From the NCBI GenBank assembly GCA_964304625.1, contig OZ199838.1:12839843-12903842 (forward strand): a stretch of 64,000 nucleotides of DNA, written 5' to 3'. The stretch is from Kudoa neothunni. Taxonomy: Eukaryota > Animalia > Cnidaria. The stretch's first letter is position 1, and the number at the start of each line of letters is the position of its first letter. Below are positions 14,763 to 28,202 of the stretch, piece by piece. The position numbers and the translations under genes are program-made. Below the pieces are notes generated by a model. That model saw only the letters and a program-made list of their open reading frames with translations, ran no database searches and was not told where the DNA came from.

Positions 14763-15469
14763 ATGGAGGATTTTTCTTCTGTTGACGAAAAGGTGAAAAT
14801 ATATGAAAGAATGATGAGTGGAGATTCGCTCGACTTGAAGCGCAGTACGAGCGCATTATCTTCAAAAGAAAACAATTGCCACCACTGCTACAGGAGGAAC
14901 TGTTTCAAGTGGGGATAGCCGACAAATGGAATATTATGTTTCCGGAAGAAGTATGTGTAGCTTTATTCGGTTATTAGTTGAAAAAATCTTGTTTCAGATC
15001 CTTTGTTATCGTTTTATCGCGACTCACGCTCTATACGGATATGCCGTCAGATGAATCTTCGATATCTGACTACGATCGGTATGGAGTGAGATCAGGATCC
15101 TCAATGACCACTTTGTCTCGATTCTCTTCATCCGACATTATGACACGCTGTAACTATCACACAAACCAACTACGTGGCGAAATGTCCAATTTACGCGATG
15201 AATTGTTGGTAATGATCAAACGAAATAAAACTGTAGCCAATTGCTGCCAATAGGCAGTCCGCCCAAATACACACACACTTAGCGGTGACATAATACATTC
15301 CAATCGCATGTATACTATGCTACAAACATCAACTCTTCTGAGTGAAAATAAAATCTCCACCCCATATCGTTACAATAACAACAATGACATTGATGAAAGC
15401 TTGTCCAACCTGGACAACAAAGATCTCCACAGCTTCCATAAAGATTTTTGTTATAAATTCCACATTTAG
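14763..15469 (+). CDS. Probable spliced gene of unknown function (Ser-rich); 5' structure uncertain
   Basis: GC-richer exon-like blocks join in frame via GT-AG introns at 14951-14977 and ~15209-15252 and end at TAG 15469. No family recognised. Confidence 0.45.
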
Positions 15470-16313
15470 AAAATGACAATTATTAATTTTTATCTTTGTT
15501 ATATCTGTTATTAAAGATGTTGATTAGATCCGCCTTTGGCGATGTGTTCCTTTCCGGTATTCAGGTGATTTTCAATAATCTCCTTCGACGAGCATACAAA
15601 TTCTAGTTCGATTTGTCGGGCGTGAATGGCATTTGGATTTAGTAATTAGAGGCAGCATTCACAAAACATGTATTAATATTAGAATCACTTAATTGAGTCT
15701 CGTCGTGAAACTTTTTAAATTTCTAGGTTCGTATTTCAAAAAATAGGACTTTTTGGTTTTTAATTCCGAAAAAGGATGTCTTAAGAGTCATAATATACAA
15801 GTAGGTCTAATTTTGATCATAGGAACGTATTGGTAGGCTCGGAATAATTAAATATAACAGACAATGAGAAATAAACTGAGTAATCACCTATCGCCTATAA
15901 ATAGGAGTTTTAAGGATTAAAAAACCCCTGGCGGCGCATGTGTAAAACAAACTTAACTAGGGTGAAATTATTGGTAAAAATATCAAAGGTCTGGTCATTT
16001 TATTTATTAATCGCATATGTATACTAGTTGCTGTATATACATTAGCGATTAATTTGGAGGTAATTAAGAATAGAAACATTTATTTTTAATTTGTCTACTG
16101 TTTTATACAAATGTATTAACTACAAATTATATTTTATTTAAACCTTTGTAATCAAATTGCTAAAAAAAATGAATTAAATTTTATTATTTATAATACTTTA
16201 CATATCTGAATATATATCTGCGTTAATATTATTTTTATGGGTTAGTATATGACTTTTTGGAGATTATAATAAACAAATACAATTGAATGAGTTTAATGCC
16301 TCAAATATAAATA

Positions 16314-17252
16314 CAGTGGGTGACGGGTCGTGGAAGCTTGCAATTTAGTCTCTCTTATTTATCATTATGTTCGTATTTATATTAAAAAATATATTTAGTG
16401 AAAATAAATTTCCTTATATCAATTGATTTAGAGGTTTAAATGCGATTAATCTAGTCGATCCTTGACTTTAATTTGTAGAAACAAACTATTTAGACAACGT
16501 GATGATAATACTAATGATTTCTGTCAACAAGAACTAAAAAAAATAATAAATGCAATTCACACATCCAATATTATTAAAATAAACATTATTTTTTATTTTA
16601 ATCATAAGGTTTTGGACGATTTTAAATAAAACATGCAGAAAACTTTCTTAATGAATTATCATAACTTAAGGAAGTGTTGGGTAACAAATAAATTATTTTC
16701 TGTACTCAAGAGAAGTAGGAATAAGAGTTAATGATCGAGATAAATTTAATATATATATATTGATATGCATAAATTTCATAAAATTAATTAATATACTCAA
16801 TAAAATATAATTAAAAGTTTTTATCATACTTATTAGTTGGAATTAGATTTGTAAAAGTTATTAATATTTTAATGGTAAAAGCTCTGACTTTCTTTAATCG
16901 TAAATCGTCGTTTCTATATGTATGACCGTAGATAACATTTTGATAATCTCAATTTCTGAAAAATTTTGTACATTTTACTCAAAATCTTACTTAAAGAGGA
17001 TAGAGATTTTAAGTTAAAATAATTGAGAATTTTTAGTTTTTCTGTTGTTTCCATTCGATATTATTTCATCTTAAGCTTAGTGCCCACAAGTCCTAAATTT
17101 GAGCTAATTCTTATTTACAGTGAATTAAAACAAAAAGTAATGTTTTCATAATTTATTATAATTGTTATGTTTTTATTTGATTCCCTTTAATTAATAACAG
17201 AATTGTGTAAGTCATTAAATCAGGGCAGGTGCGCACGAGCCGTCACCTACTG
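16314..17252. mobile_element. Tc1/mariner-type MITE
   Basis: TA-flanked TIR CAGTGGGTGACGGGTCGTG / CACGAGCCGTCACCTACTG. Confidence 0.75.
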
Positions 17253-17256
17253 TATA

Positions 17257-17717
17257 CAGTGCAACCTCAGAGTTCGAATATCCCGGAGCTCGTACAAATA
17301 AGGAATTCGACAAAAAATTCTGAGTCAAGAACACTCTAAGTTCTAACACACATAGAATGGGCGTTCGGAACAAACCCAGTTGGAACAAAAACAGAGAAGG
17401 AAAGAAATTCTAGAAGAAGAGTCGCTGAATCAAATTTTGCGACCTTCATCGAAAGAGAAACTTTTATAATCTATCGTATGATATCCAACAAATATTTATC
17501 GTATATTTCATTTTTACTATTTTATTTACTATTTATTTTTTATATTTTTTAAACACAAAGTTTGCATAGTTTGTTCGTAAACAAGAATAAAAATAGTCAT
17601 TTATTTGATGCGCGGTAACGGATTAAATTAATTTTCATTATTTTGCACGGGAAAATATTATTCGGAGTTCGAACACACTTCTAGAATGGATTATGGTCAT
17701 AGTCCGTGGTTGCACTG
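17257..17717. mobile_element. pogo/Tigger-type MITE abutting the previous element
   Basis: TA-flanked TIR CAGTGCAACC / GGTTGCACTG, with GAGTTCGAA subterminal motifs near both ends. Confidence 0.7.
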
Positions 17718-19253
17718 TATAATGTTGCGATAATTCCAAATTAAAACAGCATAAATCCCCAAAATTAATTATATACATTTCTTGCAACATCCTGAAGAGG
17801 ACGCCATATTCCCATAAACGTTTCACAGTTTTGCAGGTTATTTCTTAAATGTCGTGACAAGGTTGGACCAGCTGTTATCACTATACATTTGAACTCAAGT
17901 TTAATCAATAAAACTTAACTTTTTCGAGTTTTTGGTCAATTGTTTGAAGACTTCCCTAAAAGATTTAAAGGAGTCCTATGTTGGCAAAAATCGATTTCAT
18001 AATTGCTTTAATCGTATAATTCCATAATGAACCGATGAAATTAGTCATTTCTGTAATGTTTGGATTATAAGGATTGTAATCCACCAATAACGTTTGCAGG
18101 ACCGAGAGCAGATCAGTATGGCATCAGCGCGTTTTAATGCTGATCACATAGCCCCAATCCCAGTTCAGACCTTGTGTTACATTATCCATGACTGTTTTAA
18201 CATTTCGATCGCCATAGATATTCTTTAGTTTATTTTTAGAAATGGCGCGAAAAAGTTGACTCCATCATGGATAGGTTAATAATGCATAACATTCATTTTA
18301 AAGGTGGTGAGAATCATCGTAACATTATCCCTGCGTTTTTTTGTGACAAAAAGAAATGCAAATTTTACGCTTAAAACCTCGGCTTGATTTTTAATAATTA
18401 GATCCTTAAGGCGAATCTCATCTATTAATATGGCATTTTAATATCTTCTGTAAATTATAATATTTGTATATATTTCACGAGTTTATTTCGCTCAAGTTTC
18501 ACCGACTCAAATTTTCTGTTTGAGGAATAGGCCTCATTGTTATAAAGGTCATGTTTACTTTTTAAAGGATAAACTATTAGCCCCTGTTTTTTAATGATCA
18601 ATCTAGGAGTAACCGCTATCCGGTCATACTTAATAAGGTTTTTTAATTTCTATTTTATTTTCTGTGAAAAGCATCCGTTTTCTTCCGTCCTCTCCTTCGA
18701 GTCTTATTTATTTGACTAGTACCTTTTTTTCTATTATTACTTCACAAATCGCTACTATTGGGATTTATAGATTAACTCAGGGGTGGGCATAATTTTCGGT
18801 CCCATGATGTTTCATGCGCGCCGCATCGTATCACCCAGTAATCGATGAACGATAGCTAGTTTCCAATAATATTCGTCTATTTTTGATAGATCACGCGTCA
18901 AATTCCTTCTTGATATATTTTAAAGTCGAATTAAGGTTGATTAATATGTACAGATAAAGCTGTCACATTTTTTATATTCAAGTTTAATAACTATTACCGA
19001 TAAATTTACAATTAGAAATCCGAATGATAATTGAATTTCGCCAAGAATAATTCGAATATTCGAGGGAGTGATACAAAATATGAATTAATGGTAATGTGCA
19101 TCATCACGTTAGTTGTGAAAACTAAAAATCAAAAAGATCGTAAAAGAAACTTTACAATTTATTTTTTTGTGTAGCGTTTATCATAAACAGATTAGCCCTA
19201 CACTAAGCAATGCAATTACACCATGACGAACTACCTAATCCAATAACCTATAC

Positions 19254-20068
19254 CAATGTTTTTTCAACCGGTGATCTGCAACACTGAAAAAACATAAAAA
19301 CTTATAATAGGTATCTATTTAAAAATTCATGTTGTTTAAGCCATTGGTGATGTTAAATAAATTTCAAGAGTAATATATTTTTAATTTTTTGTAAATAAAT
19401 GCGTGAAAGTGTATTATAAAACTTATATCTTATTTTTTTACAACTTCCTAAATATATATGGGGATCCGTAAGACAATTTGAATTTGTGAGACGATCCCTC
19501 GATCCCAAAAAGGTTGAAAATCACAGATCTATACTATAGATCAGGGGTTCTGCACCGGTGGTAAATTTTAGAAGCCTGGAGATATTAAGTGACATTAAAA
19601 TTGGATATCGACAATTTTGGTATAATGTGATTTGTTACGGACTTAAGGATGTCTAAGGTGTTATATTATTCAGAGCTATTAAACTCAATTACAATATTGG
19701 CAGAAATGCTCAAGATCTTTGTTTTAAATAAGTATTAAACAACTATTTATAAAGTTTGAGTCAATCTTTTTATATTATGCTTCGTTTATCTTTTAGAGAT
19801 GTAGCACAATAAGTGTATTTAAAGTTGCTATTTGCATAGTAAATAATTAAATATAGCAGATTCAAAAAAGTTAAATCTGTAGACAGCTTGTGAGTAGAAG
19901 TTTCTGGGATTAAAAATTGTCATTGGGAAGGCGTATATATCGTTTAGGATTAAATTTACCGTAAAAACAGTCCCTGCCTTAGTTAAACCAATATAAAATC
20001 TTAAAATAGATACTAATTTAGTTTCCAAGTTAAGGAGGTAAATTTAAAAAAACGTTTGGAAACCCCTG
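19254..20068. mobile_element. Two adjacent degenerate hAT-type MITEs (~19254-19527 and 19542-20068)
   Basis: TTTTCAACC/GGTTGAAAA and CAGGGGTT/AACCCCTG inverted ends. TSDs are not recognisable. Confidence 0.45.
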
Positions 20069-21368
20069 ACTTGGAGGGTTAAACTAACAATAAATGTAAT
20101 GAAGTTCGTGTAATGTGAGTTTCGAGATTTAAAAACACATATCTTCCAATTTTTTCTTTTATTTAAACTAAAAATTTAAATTGAATGCCAGTAGTTGTAT
20201 CCTTCGTAATTTAAAATGTAGTTTCATACCATAAGAACATTTAATCCCACGTAAGGTATTGATTTTTCGATTTTACCTAGATGCCATATTCAAAGATATC
20301 TCGAGAATATTGATAATTTTATATCTGAGGCATCAATAACTAAATTAAAATCAAAGCTTTATTTAATTGGGTGCGATAAGTCTACGAATATAAATTTTCT
20401 ACCGGTGACAGTACAGATCACGCAGTATAGCTCCACAACCAAATTTATCCAATCGTTAAATTACTAATTGTAATTGATACCTAATTATCTAGAGTTTATG
20501 TAAAAATTTATTTAAATAGTAAAAAAAGGGAAATATCAGCATATTTATGTATTTATTTTACATAATCCTGATTTCATAGTTTCAGAATAGAACCATAGCG
20601 TATAAAGGTATTATTGATTTGTGGACTTAAAAGAATCGCAGTAACAAAATTTCTTTATAATTAATCCCTGCAAAATTTTATCAGTCTAACATTGAGTTTC
20701 CTAATTGGATAGAACAATACAGGATCATCCGTGAAATTTCTACATAAATAAGTATATCCACTACGGGTAAAGAGGAAACCCCCATAACGATTCAAAAGAA
20801 TAACCCATCAAAGGCAAAAAATATTACCAATTTTTACAAGTGCAACCCATGAAACTCTTGATCTAGCCTATATATCACCTTAATGCAATAATATTAAAGC
20901 CATATACCAACTTTTAATATTAAAGTTGTAATAAACGAAAGATTTACTATGGTCACTAAATTTAACAATTTCAATATAGTCTTTGATAAGAACAACTTTT
21001 CCTCGGACGCACCTCCTTCCAGACACAATAGGGCACAAAGTCAATATAATTAATACTCTATGCTTGTATATTTAAAAAAGTGGATTTATATTAATTTTAG
21101 ATACTGCTTGAATAATGTATCTTTATTGAGTTACTAAGGGCATTAGGAAAAAATAAAGTTATTTTCACTAGATAAATGTGCACCGTATTCCATCATGTTC
21201 AATGTTAAAAAATCGAATATATAATAATATTATTAAAGTATATGATCAACGAATGTAGCTATTTGAAAGTTTTCTTAATCTTATTAATATATTAACAGCT
21301 CGTCTGTCCTTTATGCACGATAATTATTCCAGGTTCCGATTTGTTTATTACACATTTTACATGAATAA

Positions 21369-22820
21369 ATGAATACTCTATTTAATAAAATAATATTTAT
21401 TTTATCGTTTTCTTTATGCTTGTCCGGTAATTACCATATTTCTTTCCCAACTCTATCTTGCTTACTAGACCCGATATTACCATCTTATGAAAGAGATGAA
21501 GGAGACTGGCCTATCGGTGCTGTTAAAAGCATGGATAATGTCATCGATCGTTGGTTTATTGATATTATTGATGCCAAATGTAAACCTCTAGAATATCGAG
21601 GTATCAAAGGGAATTATAATAATTTTGCATCAAAAGGACTTTGTGAAATGCATGGTAAGCTGTGAATTTAAACTTGGATTATTAATATTCATAAAAGGTA
21701 AGCTAACTAAACGGGAAAAATTACAAGGATGTAAAAAACCAATGCATCCAGGACACTGTGTAAAAATACAGGAACAGAAAGGAGGTACTACTTTGATCAG
21801 ACAACTGCCAGCTGTAAACAATTCAATTATAATGGATGTGGAGGAAGTTTTAATAGATATGAAAATGAAGCTGAATGCTATTTATATTGTTTAAGTATAT
21901 TAAATAACTCAAATGTTGTAAGTTAATGTGCATTTTACATTAGATAAAAAGAATGGAGGACTTACGAATGCTGATGATGAAAATATTGCTAAGGCACCAA
22001 ATATGAATGATTATTTAGTCCCAAATTCTTTAGACTGTGAACTAAGACCGGATGTTAAAGATAAAGACCCAGGTACTGCGATCATTGCAGACATCAAGAA
22101 CAACAAGTGTGCGTTTGCCGCAGTCTCAATTGATTCGAACACAAGAGGAATATTTAGATCGTTTTCTCAATGTGTCAAAAAATGTTATCATATGCACATT
22201 ATTTTATTTAAGCATTTTAATATTTCATAGCACATAAACATAATGCGACTGGTGATAAAGTAACAGAGAAAAATAAGAGAGTTATTGCATGTGATAGTGA
22301 CCCTTATCAATATCCCATTGGTAGTGATAACAAAGTGATTTTCAGATACTATCACGATTATGCCAATAAAGTATGCAAACGCATGGAAACCGGTCAGCCT
22401 TCGAGCGGGGAATTTGGCTTTGATAAAACAAAAAATAATTTCCCAACGATGGAAATGTGTCATAGTTATTGCGGCGCAGGTACAGACTTGTCTAAATTAG
22501 GAGTAAAAATGATTATTTTTCACGTTAGGTTCCATTTTTATTATTTAAACATAATAATGGATTTAGAAAAGTACAAGAAGGAAATTAAGATAGAGGAAAC
22601 CTGTATTCAATCAATAGGAGGGATGTGGGCTGACGGAAATTTATTTAAAGCAACAAGATACTATTATATTCGATCCCAACATATATGCAAAGCCTTCAAT
22701 TACAAAGGGTACGATGGCAACTCAAACAATTTTAAATCTGGAGACGAGTGCAAAAAAATATGTGGAGGTCATTATAACGAAGAGAATCCAATCACGATAA
22801 ATGAGACTGCTGAGAATTGA
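21369..22820 (+). CDS. Secreted multi-Kunitz/BPTI protein (signal peptide plus 5 Kunitz-like domains), with an apparent frameshift in domain 2
   Basis: Hydrophobic N-terminal exon, then KCKPLEYRGIKGNYNNF, RYYFDQTTASCKQFNYNGCGGSFNRY, NNFPTMEMCHSYCG and RYYY..CKAFNYKGYDGNSNNFKSGDECKKICG. Roughly one domain per exon. Confidence 0.88.
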
Positions 22821-24937
22821 TGAGAGGTTAAAAATAAATTTACCGCTATTTCAATAAACATCATAACTATTAGTTTTACGGTAATGGTATAACTCTGAAT
22901 AAACTTTTCTATACTGATGACTTTGATTTGATATAAAATGATAGTGTCCATATATAAGAAAATGCAGTAGAATTTATTTCTTTGCATTATTTGATTTGAA
23001 TTATCACACGGAATCATAATTACTTCCTGCTCCTGGGATTTATTACTTCTATTAAGATATTTCAGGATGGCCAAACCGTGGTTCACGAACCACATGCAAC
23101 TCTTTGAACGTTATGGTGTGATTCTTGAAAATTTTTTTCGTAGAGTTGAATTTCATTTTTAATTCAGTAAGAGCGTTAAATCAGAAAAATTCAGTTTGAA
23201 CTTTTTAATCAAGTGAAAAAATGAACTTTTCAATCTTAACCTAGATAATATTTTCGATTAGAAAACATAGTTACGGAATACTATATAATTTTTACATATG
23301 ACACAACCTAGAATTATTATTATTAGTTTAGTCAGAACGTACAATTAGAACAAATGTTTATCCACTACCAAAATGACGGTATCATAGGAATAAATGCGCT
23401 AAAACTTTAAAAAGATGGATGGACGAGTGAAATTGAGAATGGCCATACATAGGCTGGCTCCTTAATTAGTCTAGAAATGATCCGACTCATACTTCGACGC
23501 CACTTAAATTTCTCGACATATGCAGTCTCCAAACTGTTCAAATTGTTTTCTAAATTGGAGCTTAAGCGGTATCTCAAATTTTATTATTGTATAAAAATGT
23601 TATGGACTCTTCAAACATAAAAAAAGAAAATATGACGACGACAGAAAAGTATTCAACCCAGAATAGGGCAAATAATTTGCATTTAACGAGGAGGGGAATA
23701 AGCCATTGTGCCTTATTTGCAATGGGTTTTTAAATCACCACAAAGTTTTTAACCTGAAACGACATTATGAGAAAAATCATGTAAAATTTCTTCGTGATTA
23801 TCCTTGTAAGTATCAAATAAGAACCAGCAGGTTATATTCTCTAAAGTCGTCATTAAGTAATCATCAATCGCTTTTGACGTCATTTGCCACTGAATATGCT
23901 ACAACAACTGAAGCTAGTTTTATTATTTCGTGGAATATTTCTCGTGCAGAACGTCCATATTCTGATGGAGAATTTGTCAAGAAGACTATTGCTGAAGTTA
24001 TTGCAGTTTTCGATCCCAACAACGGAAGACCAACGTTTGATAGAATAAACACCAGTTCCTCGTCGCATGATAGAAAGGCGGATCTCTCAAATGAGTGTTG
24101 ATATCTGCGATAAACCACAAAATGATCTAAAGAATTCGGTTGCTTTTACCTTAGCTCTCGACGAATCGACAGATATTTCAGATAATCCTCAACTGACCAT
24201 ATTCATTCGTTATGTTTTATCTGATCTAACTTTTAAGGGGGAATTGTTGGATTTGGTGGCGTTGACGTTAAAAATGCATCTAATACAGCCTTAGAAAATG
24301 CTGGCTTTCAGTTGTGTAATCTCGTTAGCATTTCGACAGACGGAGTCCTGCGATGGTAGGTAAGAACGTAGGCTTAATTGCACTCATGAAAAATGGTCCA
24401 ATATTTGGAAAATTTATCCCCATACATTGTATTATTCACCTCGAACCTCTGGTTAAAAAATGATTCAGATATAAAGATGAAATGAAGTCTGTCCTCGAAA
24501 TTGTCAATTTTATACGATCAAAAGTGAAGACTCGTCGACATTTCAGAAATTTTGTTGAAGAACTTAATCTTGATGATAAATCTAACGATGTTTCATTCGA
24601 CTATATTATGAGATGGTTGTCAACTAGCAATGTTTTGAATAGGTTTGTGGATCTTTTAAAACCGATTAGTACATTCCTTAAAGAAAAGAACAAATCATAC
24701 CCTCAACTTGAAAATAATCAATGGCTTTACTATTTGACGTTTTTTACTGACGTAATGTACCATCTTCACAACCTCAATATAGCATTACAAGGGGAGAATA
24801 AAATAGTTTCTGATCTTTCTCAAACAATTTTTAACTTCGAAAATAAAATACGACTTTTCCATAGAGACATACTATCAAAAAACTTCATTTATTTTCGCAA
24901 TCTCAATAGAAAACGAAATTCATTCTCCCATTATTAA

Positions 24938-26930
24938 CCCATAGCGGGTTTTCGTTGCTTTTTCGGCTCTGGTATATAACCGCCATAAAAACTTTCATTA
25001 TTTTTAAAATTTTATTATTTTTTTCCCATCAATTAATGAATGCATTTTTTATTTATTACTAAAGTATAATTATAGTTAATAATGTATTTGTAAAGATATG
25101 ATAATAAATAACTCATACCTTGTGCTTAGGTTATAATGCAACAAAAAATTTATGATATTAGTCTCTTTGAAGAGTATTTTTGTAAATTTAGAAAAATTAT
25201 ATTTAGTTGTATGATATAAATTCAATTTAAGAACTAAAGACTTATCTAAGATAAGTTATAACGGATGTAATGTGAAGCCATAAAAGCAACGAAGAACGAC
25301 CGGCATGCTAAATCCTAATAATCCCACATTTGTTGCTTGAGAGATGAGGTATAGGAATTTGATCGACGCAGTTGATGAAATTGGTAATAATGATGATGAA
25401 ATTAATTGCATCGATATTGTAACATTACCTCCTGAAACAGTCGATATTTTAACGGACGAAGAAGAAAGTTTTGTCAGCCTAGATTCGGACAATGTTGACA
25501 TCAGGAATGTCCCCGAAGTTTGCGGGGAAGTTGAGATATTTTCAACATTAGATGATGGTCAGACTGCTGAGAACTTCATGGCTAAGTGGGAAAAAATTCT
25601 TCATTCATCAAATTTATCAACCGATGCGGAAACTAATGTTTTTTCACAAAACAAAAATGAATTGCCAACAAACGTTTCGCTCGAAAAATACGATTCACTT
25701 GAAGCATTTTATGAATTTTTTGATGAAAGTTTATTGATGCACATTGTTAAACAAAGTAATCTGTACGCTCGCCAGAAGAATGACCATTCTTTCCACTTAT
25801 CGTTAAAGGAACTAAAATCATTCATTGGTATTTTGCTACTGTCTGGATATAATAAATTATCCCAACAACATATGTATTGGGAATCTGCAATGGACTCTGG
25901 AGTTGATATAGTCAGGAAATGCATGTCCTATAAACGCTTCAAGACTATAAAATCATATATTCATTTTAATAATAACGCCAATTTAGATCCTGAAGATAAG
26001 CTCTTCAAACTTACACCAATAATAAAAAAACTGAATGAAAATTTTAAGAAATTTGGTATTTTCCATAATAACGTTTGTGTTGATGAACAGATGGTTCCGT
26101 ATACCGGTCACCACCCATGCAAAATGTTTATGAGAGGAAAACCAATTCGGTTTGGTTTTAAGCAGTGGATGTTGGCCTCTGCGGATGGTTTTGTGTATAG
26201 CTTTGACGTTTATACAGGCAAGTCAGCGAAATATGATAAATATTTTGGCCTCGGTGGCAGTGTTGTGCTGAATTTTGCGGACGATCTTAAGGATAAATCA
26301 AACGCTCATATTTATATGGACAATTTTTTTACATCCTATAAATTGTTCGTTGAACTGAAGAAAAGATCCCTCAAAGCAACGGCACCGTGAGAACCAATCG
26401 TACTTCCAAATGCCCGCTTACAACAAATAAAGTGATGGAAAAATAAAATTGTTAAACCATATTCGGAATATCGTAACATGTTTAATTAGCATAAGTGACC
26501 ATGAAAAACTTACCAGAACATCGTCCCTATCCAAACTCCAAGCGTCATCATTGTGCAAAAAACCTTTGCTTAATACTCATCCTGCAAAAAAGAAACGTAG
26601 ATGTATAGTTTGTAAAAAAACTACAATACATTTATGTACGAATTGCCAATGTTATATGCACATAAAATGTTCAATAAAATTTCATAAGGCATAATTATTT
26701 ACAATTGTTTCACTTTAAACCAGCTGTTATTTGTTTACCGCAAACACAAACCTGCTACTGGAAAATCGCACGTCGGTAGCTTTTCGTTGCTTTTTCGGCC
26801 AATACTAATTCAATTGTAATTCATTAAATATTTAATATTTCAAAAATCTATTGCATCAGTGTTAATTATTAATGATTTAATACATGTATATAAGTTATAA
26901 ATAAAATCTAAACATTGGACCCGTTATGGG
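24938..26930 (+). mobile_element. piggyBac (PGBD3-like) transposon, internally deleted
   Basis: TTAA TSD at 24934-24937 and 26931-26934; TIR CCCATAGCGGGT/ACCCGTTATGGG (11/12); transposase ORF inside. Confidence 0.95.
25344..26694 (+). pseudogene. piggyBac transposase pseudogene (frameshift at ~26385, third catalytic Asp region deleted, C-terminal Cys-rich domain retained)
   Basis: VDEQMVPYTG, KPIRFGFK and YMDNFFTS motifs, then a broken ATGTVRTNR and a C-terminal RRCIVC..CTNC..HIKC..FH. Confidence 0.9.
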
Positions 26931-28202
26931 TTAATATAAAAGGAGAAATTGGAACAATATAAATAAACATTAGAACAACTTATGAGTGGCTTTAATTATC
27001 GTTTTGATGATTTACAGAAATTGGAACCATGCTTTATGTTCCTCATCAACCCATTCAAGGTTGATGTAGTTAATGAGAATTGTAAAAATCTTGAACGTTT
27101 GGTCAATGGTTTTTTCAGCCGTAGAAATGGAGCTAATGGATTTTCAAGAAGATCTACCTTTAAAGATGATTTATAATTCCAACTCGTCAAGTGAATTTTG
27201 GAAATACGTTCCAGAAAATAAAAATTCCAGATTAAACGAAATTTGCCCCAAACTTGTTATATATTTGGAACAACTTATTGTTGTGAGTCTATTTATTCGA
27301 CGATGAAGTTTGTAGAATCGAAGAAACGCGGACCCCTCCCTCACAAATAAACAACTGACGTAACTAGTTCGTACGGCATTAACAGCATACGAACCAGATT
27401 ACCATTAGCTCACTGATAATATGGAAACATAAAAACTTGTAACATTAGAACAATTACAAAAAATCGTCTGAGGCATTAATTACTTGTAGTATTACTTTAT
27501 TCGTAAACATATTATTTTATTTTTTGTCAGACTACCATCTTGATTAAATAAAAAAAATATTTTATGTTTGCGACCCTTTGCATAGAGAAAAAGTTTAATG
27601 GATCATTAACTACTAATTTGTTTCCTTGGAAAAACCACCATAAAATATACCCATAAAAACTGTATGTAAGTTTTCCAGCGATTAACAGAACAAGAAAAAA
27701 TTAAAAAAAATCCTTATTTATAATTTAACAACATTTTATCTTAAGATTTACCTAAAATTCACCCAAAATGGAAGTTTTAAATAAGGAAGAGATACATAAA
27801 TGATTTTAATTCCTTGCAACCCTTTAACATGTGGGCAACTTAAAAGTTGGCCCCCAATCTTGGCAAATCTAGACATCCCTGCTATGGATAGTTGCTGCGA
27901 TGTATAAAATTTATGTTTTAAATGAAGCGAGAAAAATTTATTATTCGAGCGGTTACAATGTAAATTTAAATCCTTACATTACATATGAGAAATAGAGCAC
28001 TTACTCCGTCAAACAATCATGATTTACGTTGCGCATGCTCATTGACATGATGTTATCGTTTACTGTCGTCCAGCTATGTGTATTTAATTAATCACCGAAA
28101 AGGTGAATAGTATTTTTTGAACAGCTTCGCCAATCGTTCCACCAATAAAAAGTTTACGATAAAAAATATAGAGTTGTAATTTAATATCAGTGAGGAAATA
28201 TT

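Larger units (their letters stand above)
23063..27600 (+). mobile_element. Decayed hAT (Charlie/Buster, GTF2IRD2/EPM2AIP1-like) transposon interrupted by a piggyBac; right end uncertain (possibly 27881)
   Basis: Left end CAGGATGGCCAAACCGTGG. Fragmented transposase: CLIC..NLKRHYEKNH zinc finger, LALDESTDISD catalytic Asp, RWLS, LNIALQG, RFDDL..NPF, SSEFWK. Confidence 0.9.
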
